Shown here: piece by piece, positions 57,467 to 64,000 of the stretch
Layout of the letters: each line of letters starts with the position of its first letter
Numbering within the stretch: the first letter of the stretch is position 1
Origin: Chrysomallon squamiferum
Lineage: Eukaryota > Animalia > Mollusca
NCBI GenBank assembly: GCA_012295275.1
Contig: CM022665.1
Span: 744,001 to 808,000 of the forward strand
DNA length: 64,000 nt
Direction: 5' to 3'
Position numbers and translations under genes: made by a program
Notes under the pieces: model-generated
What the model was told of the DNA's origin: nothing
Databases searched by the model: none
The model's input: only the letters and a program-made list of their open reading frames with translations

Positions 57467-57813
57467 GTACGTAATGATTTCCTAAATTTCTTTTGCAGTT
57501 ATGATGAATCAACTTAGTTTCTATTATTTATTTTAATTAGTGAATGTTTGTCAGTGATTTCGAATTATTGCAAGTCAGACAAATGTCTGCTTCATTTCCC
57601 AGTTTTAAAAATTATCCCAAAAGATAAGCGTGGAGTTTCATTAATGTCCTGGTTTCGTTTTCAAATAGTTTATCTATCTGTGATTTTGTGCATTTTTATA
57701 TTCTGAGTGACTACTACGTGAATATAATAGGTGAAAAATAATTACTTTCTTATAAATGTTAGCTGATGTTAATTTTACACATTTTATGTTTATCTATATT
57801 TCTGAAATTACAG

Positions 57814-57894
57814 GTTTAACCGATGAATTAATGGAAATCAATCTACACAAAACTTGTTCAACTTTAAATACAGTAGAAAACAGCACAATAAAAG
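57814..57894 (+). CDS. IAP-B micro-exon, 81 nt, phase 1-1 (G-LTDELMEINLHKTCSTLNTVENSTIK)
   Basis: ctgaaattacag|GT...AAA G|gtatgt; open. Confidence 0.72.
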
Positions 57895-58178
57895 GTATGT
57901 ACAATTTAATTGTTTTTTTTTTTGGTTTTTTTTTTTAATTTTGTAAATTTAGTAATTTTGGAAAGATGATGAAATAACACAGAAAGTAGTAAAAAATAAA
58001 TATATTATTACATGATTAAACCTTCTTAGTTTAGTGTCATACTTTATGTAACACGTGACGCTCGTTTTATTAAAACGTAATTTGCATAGTCACCCTCCGT
58101 AATGTCTGACTTGAGGGGATTCGTAAAGTTCTTGTTTTTTTGTTTTTTCTAATTTTATTTTATTTATTTTTGTTCATT

Positions 58179-58218
<40 letters not shown>

Positions 58219-58587
58219 TATTTATTACTGTTATTATTATCAAAAGGAGAACCATTTAATAGATCAGCAAGCTGTGTTTCTGACAGTTATTTGCAGATAC
58301 TGAGAAACGCTTTTTGCATTTTGTATTCAAAGTGAAACGCGTACTCATCTAAGGAAAACGCTGAAATTTCTATCTCGATGTCATCTGTGGATGCTTAGAA
58401 CAACTCATCCTTACAACTCATAATCTCCATTCTAGATTGGCGAGATAAATGATGAATATAATTGATCCTTTTAAACAAAATTAGAGAAAACTACATCGCC
58501 TATATCTAATGTAAAATCATAACAGTGTGACGAACCACACTTCACAGATGTTAATTTTTAAATGTTTGTTTTAATTTCATCTTACAG

Positions 58588-58647
58588 AACTTACAGAGCT
58601 AAGTGATAAGCTGGTGAAGATGATAAAGAGGATCTTTCAGCTTTTAG
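58588..58647 (+). CDS. IAP-B micro-exon, 60 nt, phase 1-1 (E-LTELSDKLVKMIKRIFQLL)
   Basis: tttcatcttacag|AA...TTA G|gtactt; open. Confidence 0.65.
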
Positions 58648-59295
58648 GTACTTTTACACGTTCTTGAACCTAACTTATCAAGCGATTGTCATATATTTAA
58701 TCTTCTGTACTTTTATGTGGTAAAGAACTCTGTTTTATTCTTTATCAACAATACCTGTGAAGCAAAGAAGTAATTGCCTATACATTCACTTATTTAGTAT
58801 GCTATAAAATATTGATATATTGTAATTTCAGTAGCTGATAGAGCCCTACCCTGATTTTACCTCACTCATACCTTTCAATTAATATACGAACATCAACATC
58901 TATTATTTATTTTAATTAGTGAATGTTTGTCAGTGATTTCGAATTATTGCAAGTCAGACAAATTTCTCCTTCACGTGCTTGTTTCAAAATTGTTAAATAA
59001 TTTATAAAAAAAAAAATAATAATAATTATCTTAAGGTAAGCATGTACACATGTACCAAAAGGCTCTAGTTGTCTTGAAGTCATGTATGGATCTTAAAAAA
59101 TGTTGATGCCTAAAACTCTTCTTTAATGTACTGGTTTCATTGTCAAATACTTTGTCTATCTGTGACTTTGAGCATTTTTTTTATTCAGAATAACTATCGC
59201 CTGAGAATATAATATGAAAAATAATAAATTTCTTATAATCATAAACTGATGTCAATTCTTAAATTTTAAATCAATTAATTTTTCTGAAATGACTG

Positions 59296-59333
59296 GGCTA
59301 GTTATGGAAGTGTATAACTTGGTGCTTGAAGCA
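59296..59333 (+). pseudogene. Decayed duplicate of the 61323-61361 micro-exon (G-LVMEVYNLVLEA)
   Basis: Acceptor gacag>gactg and donor deleted; flanks match those of 61323-61361. Confidence 0.6.
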
Positions 59334-61322
59334 TTATTATTATTATTATTATAAAATTTTTAAATATACAAATTTTGAAAAGATCATGATAGATCAGGGG
59401 TAGAAGTAAAAGATAATTCTGTTATTACTAGATTAAAATTTGTTAGTTTAATTTTCTGTAAGATAAATGTACTTGTAAACATAAAATATAATTTACATAG
59501 TGCTTTTTCACAGTGATATCTGATTTGACGGGTTAGAAACTTTTAATGTTTTAGTCTTTATTTATTTATGTTATTATTATTGAAAGAACCGATATATTGC
59601 ACCATTTGACATAGCCGTAAACTCTGTTTCTGACAGTTGTTAGCAGATATGCAGAAACGCTTTTTGTATTGTAAGTGAAACACCTCCACATCCAGCAAAA
59701 AACGTTGTCTATTTCGAAGTTATATGTGAATGCTTGGAAGAATTCATCCTTAAATGTTATAATCTCCATTCTACACTGGCGAGATAAATCATGAATACAA
59801 CTGATCTATTTAAATAAAATGACTGAAAACTCCATTACATATTTCTAATTTAAAATCATAACAATTTGATGAACCGCACTCCACAGATGTTAAATTTAAA
59901 ATATTTTTAATTTCTTTTATACTTTTTTAGATCCAAGATACTAAACTGGAGGGGGGGGGAAGGAAATAATTTTTACTCCTATAAAATTCCAGTGGTATTA
60001 GATGATAATGCCTAAACTGATCCAGATTTAGATTGTAGCTGAGAATGTGATGATCCACACTCCATTGGTATTAATTTTATAATGTTTACACATTCTAACG
60101 AAATTGCAGATCTGAGAGATGAGCCGATGGAAATGAAACTGATAATCGATCAGAGTGCCCTAACGTATTGTAAACTTTCTTTTCTAGCTGTCATTAAACA
60201 ACGCGATCATGCTATATAAATCGATTGTTATAAATGTTTCCTTTTCCTTTTTTCTTTGTTTTTTTTATTGTTGTGTAACAGTAGGAAAAGACTTCTTAAA
60301 GAATGCTCTGAAACAAAGAATGGGTGTTATTTTATTATTTACCACAAATATTCAACAAATTTTCTCATTGAATAAGTAATTTAATGAAATGAAAGCAGTA
60401 TGAACGTGTTACAATAAAGTTTATACATCTATCAGAGACGTTAAATATATGTTAATTATACATGTTCAGAAACTGATAGTGAATGTTTATCTTAGCGTTT
60501 TATTAATTCAGCAGTTACTTTTGGCTGTTTAATGATAAAATAGTTGTTGATAATTTATGACTTCATTTACACTAAAAATAATACACAAACCTTCAAACCA
60601 ACTTTAATTACTTATTTATTTATTTATTTATTTATTATATTCTAACCTTGTCAGTGACATTCTCCGATAAAGAAAAGAAAACGAATCATATAAATTTGTA
60701 TTAATTCAATTGTCTTTCATGTTTTATCAGATTCAAGATATCAAACAGAACATTTGCCAATAATATTTACAGCTATAAAATGTCAGTAGTATTATTTTAC
60801 AATGCTAAACAGGCTTCCTAGAAATAGGGAAAACTTGTTCACCATTAAATGAAGTTGAAAACATCACTGTAGACTGTAACTACAATTTAATTTTTTAACG
60901 CATAAATACAATATTACATGATTAAACATTGTTAGTTTACTTTCATACTTTATGTAACAAGTGACCCTCGTTTTATTCACGTAATTTGAATAGTCACCCT
61001 TTGGAATGATTTCTGACTGGAGGGGATTCGTAAACATTTAGTTTATTTCTAATGTTTATTTTCATCTGTTTGTTTATTTATTATTTTTGTTGTTATTACT
61101 GAAAGGAGCACCATTTGATCTTAAAAAATGTTCATGCTTAAAACTCTTCGTTAATGTGCATGTTTCGTTGACAAATACTTTGTCCATCTGTGACTTTGAG
61201 CATTTTTTTAATCTGAATAACTATCACATGAGAATATAACACGAAAAATACTCTTTTTCTTATAATCATAAACTTATGTTTATTCACAAATTGTATATCA
61301 ATTTATTTTTCTGAAATGACAG

Positions 61323-61361
61323 GCCTAGATATGGAAGTGTATAAGATGCTGCTTGAAGCAG
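61323..61361 (+). CDS. IAP-B micro-exon, 39 nt, phase 1-1 (G-LDMEVYKMLLEA)
   Basis: ctgaaatgacag|GC...GCA G|gtatgt; open; its start resembles the IAP-A exon 12359 (LVMEVK). Confidence 0.72.
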
Positions 61362-62034
61362 GTATGTTTTTATTATTATTATTATTATTATGAAATTTTC
61401 AAATATATAAATTTTGAAAAGACCATGATAGATCACAGGAAGAAATAAAAGATAAATCTATTATTACTAGATTAAAGTTTGTTAGTTTAATTTCCTGCTT
61501 ATGTAACAAGTCCTTTTTTCTTTTTTGATAAGGACGAAATTTTCATGTTAGCACTTGATACCTGAGAGGATTAAGAATTTAGTATTTTTCTCTAATTCTT
61601 TGTTTGTGATAATTATCCGCGAATATGAGAAAACCCATTTTTATCATACGGCAAACACGTTTACATTACACAGGATATATATTTATATATACACACACAC
61701 ACACACACACGCAGAAAGATAAAAATAAAAATGAGAAAGACCACGTTTATCTTTTAATAAAACCAAATCGAAAAATGTTTGAATGACTACAATATGAATA
61801 TAATAGATGAAAAATAATTATTTTCTTATAACCATAAACTGATGTTAATTTTACAAATTTTATCTTTATTTCGTCTGAAATTACATATATCTGTACAATC
61901 TTTTTTCTTTTTTTTCGAAAGAATATAAAAGTTATAACAAATAAATATATTTTTACATGATTAAACGTAGTTTAATTTCATACTGTATGTAAGAAGTTGC
62001 TTTGGTTTTATTAAAATATAATGTGATGTTACAG

Positions 62035-62958
62035 AACAGTTGAGAAGTGCTGAAACAGAACAGTTGAGATGTGAAGAGAGAGAACAGTTGAGAAGTGATG
62101 AGACAGAACAGCTGAGAAGTGATGAGAGAGAACAGTTGAGAAGTGATGAGACAGAACAGCTGAGAAGTGATGAGACAGAACAACTGAGAAGTGAAGAGAG
62201 AGAACAGCTGAGAAGTGATGAGACAGAACAGCTGAGAAGTGATGAGACAGAACAGTTGAGAAGTGATGAAACAGAACAGTTGAGAAATGATGAGACAGAA
62301 CAGCTGAGAAGTGATGAGAGAGAACAGCTGAGAAGTGATGAGACACAACAGTTGAGAAGTGATGAGACAGAACAGTTGAGAAGTGATGAGAGAGAACACT
62401 TGAGAAGTGATGAGAGAGAACAGTTGAGAAGTGATGAGACAGAACAGTTGAGAAGTGATGAGAGAGAACAGCTGAGAAGTGATGAGACAGAACAGTTGAG
62501 AAGTGATGAGAGAGAACAGTTGAGAAGTGATGAGACAGAACAGCTGAGAAGTGATGAGAGAGAACGGTTGAGAAGGGACGAGAGAGAACGGTTGAGAAGT
62601 GATGAGACAGAACAGTTGAGAAGGGACGAGAGAGAACGGTTGAGAAGTGATGAGACAGAACAGTTGAGTGAAGAGACAGAACAGCTGAGAAGTGAAGAGA
62701 GAGAACAGTTGAGAAATGAAGAGACAGAACAGTTGAGTGAAGAGATAGAACAGCTGAGTGAAGAGATAGAACAGCTGAGAAGTGATGAGAGAGAACAGCT
62801 GAGAAGTGATGAGACAGAACAGTTGAGAAGTGATAAAAGAGAACAGCTGAGAAGTGATGAGAGAGAACAGCTGAGAAGTGATGAGACAGAACAGTTGAGA
62901 AGTGATGAGATAGAACAGCTGAGAAGTGAAGAGAGGGATCAGTTGAGAAGTGATGAAT
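62035..62958 (+). repeat. Coding 24-bp minisatellite (EQLRSDE[T/R]), about 38 units
   Basis: Directly visible; same unit as in IAP-A. Confidence 0.97.
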
Positions 62959-63594
62959 TCGGGACAGAACATTCAGACACTGTCAGATACAGGAGGGAGT
63001 GGGACCGATATGCATCTTACTTACGATTTCCTCTAACCTCAGCCTGGCCAAGTCGTCTTGCAGCTGCTGGATTCTACTTCACTGGGACTGGGGATCGCGT
63101 TGTTTGCTTCAGCTGTGGTCAGAGCTATGATCACTGGAGACGTGGAGATAACCCAATGGACATTCATAGACAAATATCACCAAGCTGCAGATTTGTCCTG
63201 GGAGAGGAAGGAAATGAACCGATTAGTGTAAGTGAGAATGCTGAGCAGAGACTTCAAGAATTCCTGGGCAGGTTATCTGTCAGTTCAGTGTTACCAGTAC
63301 TGAGATCTTCTGCTATTGAAAGTGAAACACTTCACAGTTCTGTCAGTGGTGGTGCTGTTGCCTCTAATGATTCTCATCAAAGTTCTTCACAGCTCAGTCT
63401 CAGTAATTTACCAATCCTTCAGCTGTCCGCTTTTATGTCTGGAAGCTCCTCGACATCAGACCTGGGATTGCATGCAGCACGTCACCCCGAGTACGTCGAC
63501 GTACAACGACGTATTTCGTCTTTTCAAAACCGATGGCCACATCCTGACAACCAGTCTCTGAGAGAACTGGCAGAAGCCGGTTTTTTCTTCTCTG
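62035..63594 (+). CDS. IAP-B large exon: octapeptide repeats, BIR1, linker and first half of BIR2 (gene continues beyond the window)
   Basis: atgttacag|AA CAG TTG (phase 1) ... TTC TCT G|gtcagt. BIR1 [17 protein letters not shown]...H...C; same intron position as IAP-A. Confidence 0.93.
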
Positions 63595-64000
63595 GTCAGT
63601 GTTACTGCTGCTTAATTATAAATCTTAACATTTTAATAATAATGTTAATTTCAATGGTGACTTAAAAATCTTGACATTTTAGTAGTCATTTGAAATTTTT
63701 GATACTTTTATAGTCATTTGAAGTCTTCGACATTTCAGTAGACTTTTAAAAGGTTTGATATTTTAATAATCGTTTAGAATCTTTGACATTTTAATAGTGA
63801 AATTAAATTTTCTGCATTTTAATCTTTATTTCGAATTTGGACGTTTTGGTAGGCATTTGATACTTAATTATAATCATTTGACTTTTTTGTGTTAAATAGT
63901 CATGTGAAGTTGTTGACTTTTTAACAGTCTTTTCAAAATCTTTGATATTTTTTATTTTTACAGAATAAAATACATTTGAGTAGTAGTAACAGGGAACTGA

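Overview
AT-rich, intron-containing animal genomic DNA (a mollusc or other lophotrochozoan is my inference), with a 200-N scaffold gap at 34752-34951. It carries two related inhibitor-of-apoptosis (IAP/BIRC) loci on the + strand. IAP-A is complete from a large exon with about 109 EQLRSDET repeats through BIR1, BIR2 and a C-terminal RING (12933-18746). IAP-B has about 38 repeats, BIR1 and half of BIR2 at 62035-63594 and runs off the window. The main observation is not visible in the ORF track. Upstream of both large exons are batteries of short AG..GT-bounded, stop-free, 3n-length, phase 1-1 micro-exons that splice in frame into the IAP. IAP-B has at least 11 different ones plus decayed copies. 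IAP-A has a three-exon cassette amplified 8 times as a 1412-bp tandem array, plus one hydrophobic exon. Their flanking introns are clearly homologous while the encoded peptides are highly divergent, which suggests a combinatorial, fast-evolving N-terminal peptide library on an IAP E3 ligase. IAP-B is also preceded by a ~15-kb array of duplicated promoter/5'-exon-like modules. Between the two IAPs, on the - strand, are an intact 6-exon type-I membrane protein gene (393 aa, LYPDL in the tail) and a large frameshifted ORF of unknown function. All exon calls are manual predictions and need RNA evidence.
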